A stretch of DNA of 64,000 nucleotides from positions 8,688,655 through 8,752,654 of the forward strand of contig NC_134033.1 in the NCBI RefSeq assembly GCF_964204645.1, in the 5' to 3' direction. The notes under the pieces are model-generated. The model saw only the letters and a list, made by a program, of their open reading frames with translations, did not search any database and had not been told where the DNA came from. Each line of letters starts with the position of its first letter. Position 1 is the first letter of the stretch. Made by a program: the position numbers and the translations under genes. Below are positions 37,497 through 50,044 of the stretch, one piece after another. The DNA is from Tubulanus polymorphus (lineage: Eukaryota > Animalia > Nemertea).

Positions 37497-38500
37497 TTAA
37501 TAAATATTATTAATTCTATCTGATAGATAATTTATGTTATCTTTTAATTCAGCGTATGTAATCTTGCAATTATCATAGAATTCTAACAAATGTTTCAAAC
37601 TATAAACTGAAAATGAAACTAATCCTGTAAGCATAATAATTGATTTGATATTCTGTTGATTTTTATAAATAAGGTGAAATATTTCTAATACCTTACTCTC
37701 ACTCATTTTTATAGTTAAAAAATATATAAAATAAATTGAATTAAAAGATGCTGTTTTAATCCTCTCTTATTCTTATTCTTTTAAATGATTAACTTTTTTA
37801 TTGTTATTTTTTCTGTGATTGTTTTCATTTAACTTTTTACTCAATTTCATATTTTCATTCATTAGATCTTTACTGATATTTTCATAGTAGAAGTAAAGTG
37901 CAGCTAATATTAAACGTCCAGCAACTAAATAATGTTTTAAATCACTTTTTCCAATTGGAATGCTGAGACCATCCATTTATTTAAGAAAAATAGTAATTTG
38001 AAATATCTTATTTTGAATATTTAGAGTTGAATTATTATTTTTGAGTTATGATATTTTGATTTAAGATGGTGTGATTTATTGCTTCGAGTATGATATTTTC
38101 CACAATAACATAACGCTTTTTCATTAGGTTCATATTTAGGTGTTTCGATTTTATTGTCTAAGTTACATTGAATTCCAACATCTTTGAATGATTTTTCATT
38201 TGGAATGTCAGGGGTAAATCTTTTTTCTTCTACTCAGAAAAACATTACATAGCATTCTCTGAAAGGGCAATAACGTAAGTGTAAAAATAAAGATTTATGT
38301 GAATTTTCATTATTAAAAAGTGATTGTATTTCATCTGTAATTATTCATTGTTTAACTATTTCATCAAATGTTGTGAATTTCGGAATTATTGTGTTGTATT
38401 TATAATCAAATCTTTGATAAGAATAAAATTTCTAATTGTAAAATATTTTTCTAATTCATTTAAATCGATATCTTTGAACTGTAGTATCTGTTCATTCATT
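37497..38500 (-). CDS. Three small Polinton accessory ORFs (37706-37497, 37976-37773, ~38500-38000 decayed)
   Basis: AT-rich ORFs with TAAA(A)TG starts; the first two have a hydrophobic segment followed by a coiled coil. Confidence 0.5.
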
Positions 38501-38944
38501 TATAAGTAATCTTTTTATCAAAATTGATATTTTCTTCAACTCGTTAATTACTCGTTACTTTTTATATTGAAAATAAGAATTTAACACATATAAATATAAA
38601 TATTCAATGATTTAAATATGAATTATTTCACTCACACTTTACTCACACTTTTTATGTTTAAAATTGATTTTTTATTGCTGAAATCTATATTTGATCTTAT
38701 TTTTCTAGATTATTATGCTAACATTTCACTCTCACTTTTAAAACATGAAATTTATTTCAAAATATATGAAATTCATTTAAATAATGTTCATATATATGAA
38801 TATTTTAAGAGTAATACGGATAATAGTGGTTCATATCAAAGGTTGAATGGGCGAAAAATAAATTCGAGTGTACGAGAATTTATTTTTCGACCTTTCGACC
38901 TTTGGTATTAACACCTATTATCCCTATTACTGCTATTATTATCT

Positions 38945-39900
38945 TTTAGGTCTGCCCAAAGCTTTTTAGGCATTGTTTCGGAATACTTGATTAACATAAA
39001 TCTTGAAAAGCACTTAGCATGATATACAGCTTCTGCCGCAACGAGGTCAATGCACCCATGAAGACGATTTTAAACTTCGAACGCCTATGCATATTCTCTC
39101 TTTTCACAACACTCGAGAAGGTTTCACGTATGGGGAGTGTTGTCACTGATCGTACTTTATCGGTTCTCTCTGGGTGACGAAAATCAACAACAGCAGACTG
39201 TCGGCGTCGTCGGTACGAAGGGGGTGAATTGCACTGTGTAGAGGCAGATAGAATTTTAGCACGAAGGGAATGATTATGATACCTTAACTAGGAATGATTA
39301 CAATATCTTAACTTACCAAACTCCATTAACAGATCCTCCGTGAAACTACTAAGATGTCCTCAGTCATAAAATGAAACGCAAGTAGCATAAATTCGTTATG
39401 TGTATCTTGTATTTATTTCCGTAACTCACTGGGAGTGTGGCATCCACGTATCTCGCTTACTTGATCAGGCTCAACAGACCTTTTTCGATAACAGTCAGTC
39501 ATTGTTCATCATCAAAGCCTGCCTTATAAATAACACAACAGAGCTCTTTAAAGTTCTAATGTGTATCTGAATGTTCTAATGTGTATCTGAATCTTATTCA
39601 CGCACTGGAAAATCGTGCACTTCATGTCACATTAAGTGAGGGGCATTGGTAATGCCTCTTTAATTGGCGTCAAAAGCAAGTCTTTGGAGCTAGCACTTGA
39701 TCCCTTTTGAAATTGCGTTCTTTAGTAGGCATAGATATTGGTTTTATGGTTATATGAACATAATCATCCTGATCAATGTAATCTCGGAACAAGCCTACCT
39801 CCTTACAGTACAATCAATTCGCCTCAGGTGCTATCAGTCCAATAATCCAAATCTTCAGTGCTGAGGTCCTTCTTTGGTCCTGAATAGCCCGTTTATTTTT
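38945..39900 (-). mobile_element. Decayed DNA-transposon coding fragment, probably Academ-type
   Basis: Minus strand 39060-39001 reads HGCIDLVAAEAVYHAKCFSR; upstream CVI...FDDE...V.EKGL.SLIK; many stops and frameshifts. Confidence 0.5.
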
Positions 39901-42429
39901 CAGTTATGAAGACACAAAATTCATACAGCTGTGAAAAATTCTACCCAAATTTGATTATTGCGGATTTTGGAGATGTGAATCTACTGGATTTTTGGGGTCC
40001 TGCTTCGCATTTCGTAATTTCGTAATTTGATTTCCTTTTGTTTCGTAATTCCGCTCCATATTTCGTAATTTCGTGGTTTCTTACTTAAAAAGTACCCCGC
40101 TTTGAAACCTTTAGTACCATTTTCTTCCAGGTAGGACTCGTTTTTTACCTTCAACGCCCTGCCTACTACGTTTAAAATTGTGTATGTGTTTATCGTATAA
40201 TGTTTTAAATTATGCGCATCAAAATATCCAAATTCAAAAGGCCTTCGCCCGATACTTTTTGTGTATGGATGTTACGAGTCATTATCTTTTTTGGGTTTGA
40301 GCGACTAGGTGTGATTTATGTTTGTACCTACTGGATTGGGGGAGAAAGAGCCTTCAGATCACAAGAACCCCCTTCCATTTCCGTTCGATATCTTCGATCC
40401 AATTATCTGCCATGCTGAACTGTTGATCCTCATAGAATGGTCCTGACGGTAACTTTCTGTTAGCTCTTGGTGGCACAAACTGTAACCACCGGATACACAA
40501 CTGATATTTTGTCATTAGGATGGAAATAGGTTTTGGAATTGATATGGCAAGTGTCGTCCATCAGATCCAAGCCATCTGAAACAAGCCATTTGGATGTGCT
40601 GGGAGAAAATGTGCAAAATTTCAATGGATTTTCCCCCAATTTACAAGTCGATGCTTGACATAGTTTCATATATCACAGGGAAAGCCCTTCAGATGGGCAT
40701 CACTTGGAAATCCCTCCAGAAGGGCTTCATTATCAAGAACGGTTCTACCACGTACTTGTAACTCATAGGGAAAACCCATTACGTGGTATATCATCAAGGT
40801 TGAACATCTTTATCAGCTATTTATACGTTATTGCAAATTCAAGAACAAATCGATTATTGTGCTCAAGACTAAAATGTACCTAGTTGATCCGACTGGACCC
40901 ATAGTCCTTTATTTGAAACTATTTGAATTAGAAAGTTTATGATTGGATACGAATGACGGTCCAAAATGGCTGATTAGCTGTAGGCCCCTATTACATGTGT
41001 TCAGTTCCAATGCCTCGCAGCTGATTCCTGTTGGGTGAATTTGAGGGAACTTTGTGAGCGTGAATCACTTCACAAGATTTGGTGTGATTTGGTGCATCTC
41101 TAAACAGGTATTGCGTGAATCATGAATATCCCGGTAGCAAAACAATCGAATAGGGCGGAGATTGAAACTTCATTTGGTCAGAATTGAATAGTTTTTGACG
41201 TATGGCAACTGAGGCGACGTGTATACATTCATTTGCCTGTATGAAATGGCCTTGAATGACATATTTTGGTTGTTACTACTTACATGAATCGATTTTTTTC
41301 ATTTAAGTTAGAAATTAACATAATTAACATAATATGGCCGTAAATATCATTGTTTTCTTGCGTGACTTGAATTCTTAAATTCATACTGATCCGCAGCAAG
41401 ATTCCGTGGAAGCAAAAAAATGTTCGTAATGTTGGTTTCTTGTATGCGTTGGTGTTCTATCTAGGGGTCAGCAAACGATGTAGTAAAAATGCGGAAGTGT
41501 TGTTGATGCTTTAATCTATCGGCACTGACCATAAATCAGCCTTGTGTAAAATAATTCGTTACTAATATCGGTCTGGCAAAGAAATCTGTAAATAAAGCTC
41601 CATTATACACGGTACCATAGTTGGGTTAGTCTGAACGACGGAATTTATAAATAATACGGCTCGTGAAGGTATCACGCTGATCCTTGCTGATATTTCTTAA
41701 AAGGTAAAATCGAAAGTTCTACGTAGGCATTGTTGTTTTGCCGTAAAATAGTGGAATTAGTAAAATTGATAGATAACAAACTATTATAGCAATTATGATA
41801 ATTGAGTTATCTCAAAAGTGAAAATGATCCAATGTATTTACGAATCAAAATTAATAACAAATATCAGTAAAGAGATATTGTATTTGTAAGAATATATTAT
41901 ATTGCCGTAGTGTGAGGAAAAACAAAGTGTAACTCATGGTAAATTTAAGTAATTTGAATGTTATTTAAGTAAACTGTAATAAGAATCGCTTAGGTTTTGG
42001 GGAATCTTTGTGCAATTGTGTTACTACATGTAACTCTCTGAAGTTTCTCTGGATGAATACGTCCGATGGTAACTCACAAACATAGCTGTTCTATCAATGA
42101 TGATAGCCAAGGAGTGAGTAAATCATTCCGCGTCATGACAGGAGGTTGGCAAAAGAAAAGTTAGTTGAGCGAATCAGTTTTTAAAATAATTTTAGATCAT
42201 TCAGCGAATCATTCGGCCTAAATTATTTCGTAACCAAAAACAGAAATGGACGGTCATGACGTTGGATTGCTTGCTCCTTGCCAAAATTGGAAGGCCTGGA
42301 GTAGGAGAATCGGAATTTAAAAAATGCCAGTTCTTTCCTATAAAAGGGGTCCAGAATCTTGGAAGAGCAGACTTGATTCACACTTGACTCGAGACTTCGA
42401 TTCGAGACTTTGATTTCGATTGCATTTCT

Positions 42430-43948
42430 AATAAAGAAGTTTCCAGTTTCTAGGCGCCATTTTGTGGCGGTCCCTCGAGGTCCCCATTGTTGCGATAATT
42501 TGCGCTCATTTTTAAAACATAAGTTTAGATTGAATATCACATAGTTCGGCAGTCCCTTGCTCGATGAACTTAATTTATACACCATTTTAAAGGAAATGAA
42601 ATGCAGATATTTGTTGGCGATTCTTGGAATTTTTGAATGCAACAATTGAGAACAGTGACGATGTGAAACTAAGGACCGCATATCTTAACCGCGCGTAGAA
42701 GAAATCGCAATATTTATTGATTTTGAAATATCTAAGTATATCTTGAAGCTATATTTCCAATTTTCACAGAGCTTAAAGAGGGTTATTTGCAGTTTAAGCC
42801 TGCGTTGAATTTATACTGGTTTGATATCATTAATATTGCTTCTTATGGTTATCGCCATGCAGCCCGTCCAGCCTAGCGCCGATTTTGTGTCCGGTGAAAT
42901 CATGGGCCCAAAACGTTTTAGAGTCCATGGTGAAATGTGCTAGTCAATTTAAACGCTTAGGACATATTTCAACACATATCTCTCTCCGGTAATCCCTCAT
43001 CCTGGGATCATACGACGAATTTACTGAATCTCAACCTTTTTGCTGGAAAACATCGACCAGATAACCTGACTGATATAAAATATCAATATTATATTTAAAG
43101 GGGATCCCCCATTTGATATTCTGTTTTAGGGGCTCAACGTCCAGTTGGGCTACTTAAAGCTGCGCCGCATATTCAAAAATATATAAAAACTTAGATTTTG
43201 TTCTAGTGTCCATCCATGAGTGGAACATTCTGTTGAAAAGCAAATTAGGCTCTCAACTAGGCCACCTATGCAACCAACACAGAACGTCCCCACTCTTACA
43301 AGAAATCCTTCAATTTCCCATCGCTACAAAACTCGAATTCCTCAAAGCACTCAAAGTCCATTTTTAAACATACGAAAATAAAGGTAATATATAACCATAA
43401 GAAGCAATATTAATTATATCAAACCAGTATAAAATCTTATTTTTGCGATTTTTTTTCGTAAATCTCAATGTTCGGTGAAATGGCGGTGCGCAGTGGGAGA
43501 CCCCTTTTGCACGTAATCTCAAACTCAAGCGGGAACAGATCAGTCTTCAGGAAAGATATTCAAAAAAATTCAACGCAGGCTTAAACTGCAAATAACCCTC
43601 TTTAACCTCTGTGAAAATTGGAAATATAGCTTCAAGATATACTTAGATATTTCAAAATCAATAAATATTGCGATTTCTTTTACGCGCGGTTAAGATATGC
43701 GGTCCTTGGTTTCATATCGTTACTGTTCTCAATTGATGCGTTCAAAAAATCCAAGAATTACCAACAAATATCTGCATTTCATTTCCTTTAAAATGGTGTA
43801 TAAATTAAGTTCATCGAGCAAGGGACTGCAGAACTATGTGATATTCAATCTAAACTTATGTTTTAAAAATGAGCGCAAATTATCGCAACAATGGGGACCT
43901 CGAGGGACCGCCACAAAATGGCGCCTAGAAACTGGAAACTTCTTTATT
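42430..43948. mobile_element. 1.5-kb non-autonomous TIR element with ~420-bp near-identical inverted arms (possibly PIF/Harbinger-ISL2EU group)
   Basis: 42430-42850 is the reverse complement of 43390-43948, apart from a ~135-bp indel; termini AATAAAGAAGTTTCCAG. Confidence 0.85.
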
Positions 43949-45482
43949 GGATGACGGTTACCAACAGGCGTGTAGACATTGGAAACATTAGGGAACTAGG
44001 ATTAGAATTGTGTTCTGAGATTCTGAAAGCTGCAATTTATAGAGATCTTGTTAGGGTAGATTAGAATATATTATTTATTTTTATTCAGTCTCGCCATTCT
44101 AATTTTTAATTGGCTTCGTGCACGGCCACGTTCTCTCGCCAGGGACCAATAATCAATACATTTACTATTAACGATCGAAGAGAGAATTGTGATCGGTGTA
44201 TCAATACCCACTATCGCTCCTGTAGGCCGGGATAGAACCTGGGCTTTTAGCCGGATACGACATTCAACGAGTCGGTAGGCGCCTTTGCGTAAAGCCGGCT
44301 CACATCCAACCGCACGCCGCTCCTTCCTGCACTACTTACCTACCGATTTTCAGATTAATTTCTGTAGTTTCCGCAGTTCCAGTCACATGCTTACTATTAA
44401 AACAGGCAGAAAAAACTAGACCCCCCACCCGACAGGATACTGTCTGCAAGGAATTTCATTCTATTCTACAGTGTTCCCCCTCCCTAACCGAAATGAGGAA
44501 CTTACACGCAAAACTGTATTATAGGACATTTCCTAGTTTTGGAGAACTTAAAAAACTATATCTTTATAAGGAATACTCTCTGGAACAAAAACCTGTGTAA
44601 CTATCATAATGTTTTGCCCTCAGCAAATCTTTTTTCTTGGGCAATAAACTGAACTGAACTGAAGTCGCAAATCGCTAATAAACCGAGTTGCGTCGGTAGT
44701 TTGTCGCGGGACGACAAGATTCGCCGCAAAAATGATGATCTAATAGCAAGAAATTTTAATAGACTCGGCCATTCTTCATCAAATTTACCAATTATAGGCA
44801 TTTGAAAAGCATTATGGAAGCAATTCCAACAGAAAACCATTAGAAAAGAACAAGGACTTGGAAAAAAGAAAAGGTTAACCATTTGGTATTTAAGCCGAAC
44901 TAAACTAGTATAAATTGAAGTGCAAATTCTGTCTACTGCGCATCACTTGCTGTGACAAATGACAACCTGTATCGTTAGCACAGTATTTGAACGTCGCAGA
45001 GAGTACTTGAACAAATAATCAATTATTAACCGTACCATTTAAAAATATACAATTGGAGCTCAGAGTATCCAACCAATTACCCTAAATAGAATAGATATAA
45101 CAGGTCAGCTTGTGATTGATCGAATATTAAATGATCTCACGTGGGTGCACGATATTGGCGAGCAAGATCCCTATAATGTCTATTTAGACTTTGTGTGAGA
45201 GGAAAGACACCGAGCGATCTAGCTAATTGGTTTGTACATACCTGACATGCTAGTCACTTTAAAACCTTTGGTATGTACTACCAAAACTGACTAACTGAGG
45301 CTACCCGATGCCCTTTCAAACGGAATGAAAATAGACATGAATTCGCCTTGTACGATAAGCTTGTGAGTCTCTTAAATAAAGGTGTCACAAAAGGGTACCA
45401 AAATCGTTATATATAGTTAATCAATTTGCACATATGCCAGGATGCCGTCGAACTAAGTTGATAATATTACAATGACACATAC

Positions 45483-45623
45483 CGCATTCCACCCATTTTC
45501 CCTGTTCATATACTGCAGTCGTAGCACACCATCCTGTGTGGTAATTAGTGGTTGTACATCTTTCGTAAATCCGACTCTCGTAGATAAACGGGAATATGCA
45601 ATCCTTGCTAGACAAAACCCTTT
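45483..45623 (-). CDS. Exon encoding a fibronectin type II domain
   Basis: CIFPFIYESRIYERCTTTNYHTGWCATTAVYEQGKWVEC fits the FN2 consensus; tttcag acceptor, G|gtatgt donor, 141 nt, phase 1-1. Confidence 0.85.
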
Positions 45624-46554
45624 CTGAAACAAAATCCGGATGAATGTTACGTTATTAGTATAAATCGTTTATACGAAAAATGCAGACAGAAACAAAGATT
45701 CTACGGTTTTTTGTCAGAAGTTCGCAAATCTTAACTAGGACCCCGACTCGAGGGTATATTCGTGAGTCAATCCATCGGACCGGTCCGTTTTTCGTATTCG
45801 GATGATAGCGCAGTCCTTTTTGTAGGTAGGATTTTTATATATTACTGTGAAGTACAGTTACTCCAATGCCGTCGATAAGGCCACACGAAGAATTACCCTA
45901 GTTTCTCAAGACAAAGTCAAATGCCGCCCGCGTAATAAAAATGGCCGTAATAAGAATTAAAAAGCCAAATGCGCTCGCCCGCATCAGCAAAGCATCAATA
46001 TCATCTGTTTTTATAAAAAGTAAAAGCCCGCTCGATCGCATATCTCTGTAAGTGTACGGCTGTGGCTTTTTTTGCGGGCGTTTATGTGCTCATCGTCCAC
46101 GTACTGGTAGTCCACATTTTACAGTGACAACAACTGCGGTATGGTTCGTTTCATCTTACCTCATTTCAAGTAAGCGTGAAGCACTTGTCGGGGATCTTTA
46201 GTTTTAAATTTTGAATTAGTACAAGCCAGTGGATGCGTTTTAACGACATTCTGACACGAAATAACGGAAATAAATACCCAGCATGATTATCGGCATTACT
46301 AAATTACTTTTTTATTCCTATATATAATATCACACTATATAACAGTTTATATTTTCAAATGAAAATATGTGCAGTTAATATTAGTAATATGCAAAATGTG
46401 AACTATGGAGGACCTTACACGAATCAAAGAATTCGGCTGGAGCATCTTCTGGGCTGTGTTGGTTCTCCAACGTTGTCACCAAGAAATCAAATGAAATTAA
46501 ATGTTTGCAGCTAGGTTTTTACGCCTGTGATGCGCGCTTTTATCTCAGTGTCCT

Positions 46555-47340
46555 TAACAACATTCAGGCAAATGTCCCACTTGTCTTTTAACACAGTTAA
46601 AAAAAAAGAAACCATTTCATAATCTTTAATAACATTCAACTTTAATTAACTTTTCTAGAAACACTTTACACTCGCATTAATCGCAATATAGACACACGAC
46701 ACACATGTAAAATCCAAAGCCAGATTATGCATAATGCCTATATTATATTTTGTGTCTGACATCGATTATTTTTGGATATTTCTGTTGATCGCTTGAATAC
46801 GGTACCTCGGTTTGGTCTTTGGACCAGCGAAACCAAGCAGTCTAAATGAACCATCGTTTTTATATCATATTTACAATGCAGCATTAATTCAATTAATTGA
46901 AGGCTTTTAAGTGGTAAAATACGCAGAACTCCTAGATGCGGTCTCATCCGACGCACTACTTCGGGAACAGGCCCGATACACAGGGCACTGGGATCTGCAG
47001 TCAAGATTGATTGATCTTTGCCTACGTTTTTCGTTGCCATTTTCTCGCTGAGAAGTGTCGTTAATTTGTTGAGTGACGATAGCCTTGTCCAACAAAGGGT
47101 ATATCCCCGTGGGAAAATGAAGTTAATGTGAAAATGAAGAATGTCCGTGTTTTTGGAAAAAACCGCGGTTCCGCCATTCCGCGATATGACAACACCGTAG
47201 ATCCAATGCGTACCCATAACAAGGGAGAATACAGCTTTTTTCTCCAGCGCAGTTATTTGCGTGGCTGCCCCTTGATGTTGACCAGTCTGCTGGCTCCATC
47301 GTAGCATTGTCCGCGACACTTTTTGCTACTGAGGTTCAGT
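46555..47340 (-). mobile_element. Possible heavily decayed piggyBac remnant
   Basis: VISRN...ILHF and a Cys-rich C..QCP...ALCIGP tail resemble piggyBac transposase pieces; weak. Confidence 0.3.
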
Positions 47341-47357
47341 CTTTAATAGTAGCAACA

Positions 47358-48398
47358 AGTAATTTGAAATATCTTATTTTGAATATTTAGAGTTGAATTA
47401 TTATTTTTGAGTTATGATATTTTGATTTAAGATGGTGTGATTTATTGCTTCGAGTATAATATTTTCAACAATTACATAACGCTTTTTCATTAGGTTCATA
47501 TTTAGGTGTAACAATTTTATTGCCTAAGTTACATTGAATTCCAACATCTTTGAATGATTTTTCATTTGGAATGTCAGGGGTAAATCTTTTTTCTTCTACT
47601 CTGAAAAACATTACATAGCATTCTCTGAAAGGGCAATAACGTAAGTGTAGAAATAATGTTTTATGTGAATTTTCATTATTAAAAGTGATTGTATTTCATC
47701 TGTAATTATTAAATGTTGATCTATTTCTTCAGATGTTGTGAATTTTGGAATTATTGTATTGAATAAGATTGTATCTTTATCATTCGATAACTCTATAGTT
47801 AGATAATAATTTTTAAATTTCAATTCAGTAATATTTTTCACTTGAAAACGAAAACGTCCAGTTTTAATCAAATCTTTAATAGGAATAAAATTTGTAATTG
47901 TAAAATATTTTTCTAATTCATTTAAATCGATATCTTTGAATTGTAGTATCTGTTCATTCATTTATAAGTAATTTTATTATTGAAATTAATATTTTCTTCA
48001 ACCCGTTAATTACTCGTTATCTTTATATTGAAAATAAGAATTTAACACATATAAATATAAATATTCACTGTTTGAAATATAAATTATTTCACTCACACTT
48101 TACTCATACTTTTTATGTTAAAAATTGATTTTTTATCATTCGAAATCTATATTTGATCTTATTTTTCTAGATTATTATGCTAACATTTCACTCTCACTTT
48201 TAAAACATGAAATTTATTTTAAAATATATGAAATTCATTAAAATAATGTTCATATATATATGAATATTTTAAGAGTAATAGGGAATATGTTGTTTCAAGT
48301 CAAAGGTTGAAGGGTCGGAAAATAAATTCGAGTGTGCGAGAATTTTTTTTTTCGACCTTTCGACCTTTGGCTTGAAACAACATATTCCCTATTACTCT
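47358..48398 (-). mobile_element. Solo 1-kb right end of Polinton family A with terminal hairpin
   Basis: Clearly similar to 37992-38931; ORF 47611-47961 retains ~100 bp missing from the 38.4-kb copy. Confidence 0.9.
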
Positions 48399-49989
48399 GG
48401 TGTGTTGAGATCGAAAGGTGCAAAATATGTTGATTCTTCTATTGGTATAGAAATGATATCATGAACGATCCGTGTTTCAGAAGAACAGGTACTTGACCTA
48501 CTTAATAAACGTTCTGCGGCTACTGACGTTGTATCGCCTAGTTCCCTAAATTATAAGCCTACATCGAATTAAATTTTTGACTTGTTCCAAACTGGCTTCA
48601 AATACTGTGTGGTTTAGTTCGTTCCATAAAAATAGATTTGAAAATATTGTGAATTCGGAAACATGGGATTCGCACTGAAAATAGTCAGTTATCGAGAGTA
48701 AGCATCGAGCATGAGCTAACTGTATATAATAGTCGACGTATAACTGTTACAGAGCCGAGAATTATTGCAGTAGGCGTGGCCACGCGTTGACAACTTTGCA
48801 TGAAGATGAAATATTTGGCGTGGATCAATGACAAGTAGATGCAATGATCAAATGAAAGATTTATTAGCATCCAATATATTAATAATCTGACGTAAATAAT
48901 GTCTTAAGTTTATACTGGACGCATACGTAATCATTTTGTAATTTCATACTTTAGTAATTAACCGTGGCCTTTTCGAAGAAAAATGCCAGAATTTTCGCTT
49001 GAGACATACGTACTGTCGACGTAAACCTTACTAAGACAAGTACTGAGCGCTGTAATAGTTCTTTTACACGGAAGACGAGTTGACAAATAAATTTAAAGGT
49101 AGGGTATGTTAATCAATTCGAATTCATTATTAAAACCCGGAATTAACGAAATCTGGGATACGATGGCAGACTTCAGAAAACGTGCTAACAGTACGTGAAA
49201 AAAGTGAAACATGATCGGGTCCGGCAAATTTTTGGTCCGGCAAAAGCCACCCCTGTCGACCCGGTTCCGCTGGACCTGCAAATACATCCCAAGAGACCAA
49301 CAGGCAACCTCTTATGACCTCTCTAGAGAACTGTTACTCATTCAGACTACACCCTCGAACAAGGAACAAGCAACCGTTACTGGTTCCTGATTCGGTTTTA
49401 CTTGTTTTTGTCCCCAGTTTGATTTTTTAATGTTTTTTTCGCCTCTACCTTCACTTCAAAACCATTACATCGATTCGGCGCAATGGTTTTAGAAACGTCA
49501 CATCGCCTAGTTTTGAATACATAGAAAAAAACCAGCAGACCTCTAGTAACTTCTCCAGACGGCTGTTACTTATTCGTAACCGTTACTTGTTCCCGATTTG
49601 GTGTTACTTGTTACATGGTTCTCGGTTCGCATTTTCAGGGTAGTGTCAATGTCATCACGGAGATTTTGTACGTGATCAAGTGCATCAATCATTTAGGTTC
49701 TAATGCAACAAGACAAGTGCTCACATAAAACCTACCGCAATTTTGCATAATTACTTCAATGCCTACCCAAAAACCGCTAACAAAATAAAAAAGGTAACCC
49801 CCGATTAACATAAGGGAACATAAGTTCATTGGTAGAGACACAAGGGTAGCCGCAAACACATGTAAATAGATACAAAGGTATGGCGCCACTTCAAATCAAG
49901 CAATTCTGCAACCTTGACAAATGATTGGCTATGCAATGTGTAATTGATAGTGTAGTGTAAAATCCCATTCAAGCACTTAGCGTATTTAC

Positions 49990-50044
49990 CTCGAAAGATG
50001 ATATTCAAAATGATGATGCTAATCACATTCATTACTCGAACCAT
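49990..50044 (-). CDS. Probable signal-peptide exon of the FN2 gene (MVRVMNVISIIILNIIFR)
   Basis: ATG plus hydrophobic run, G|gtaaat phase-1 donor compatible with the FN2 exon (joined: ..IIFRERVLS-SKDC). Confidence 0.45.

Larger units (their letters stand above)
27175..38931. mobile_element. Degenerate, internally deleted Polinton/Maverick (adintovirus-like) element A, very AT-rich, hairpin ends
   Basis: Homologous inverted ends (tcat.tatatgaatatt..agagtaat...ggttca...aaaggttga..gggcga...ataaattcgag); pPolB on plus, penton-like and small virion-type genes on minus; no major capsid, ATPase or integrase visible. Confidence 0.8.

Noticed and set aside
27768-38500. Stop-codon reassignment as an explanation for the many TAA/TAG codons in Polinton ORFs
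   Set aside because: Stops co-occur with frameshifts, and the paralog at 61398 has sense codons at the equivalent positions; ordinary decay
40212-40850. Coding-like GC composition, candidate next exon for the FN2 gene
   Set aside because: No convincing open frame with splice sites and no recognisable motif
42223-43954. Twin ORFs MRSLVS... on opposite strands (and 22793-23158)
   Set aside because: They lie in the inverted arms of a non-coding TIR element and have no recognisable domain
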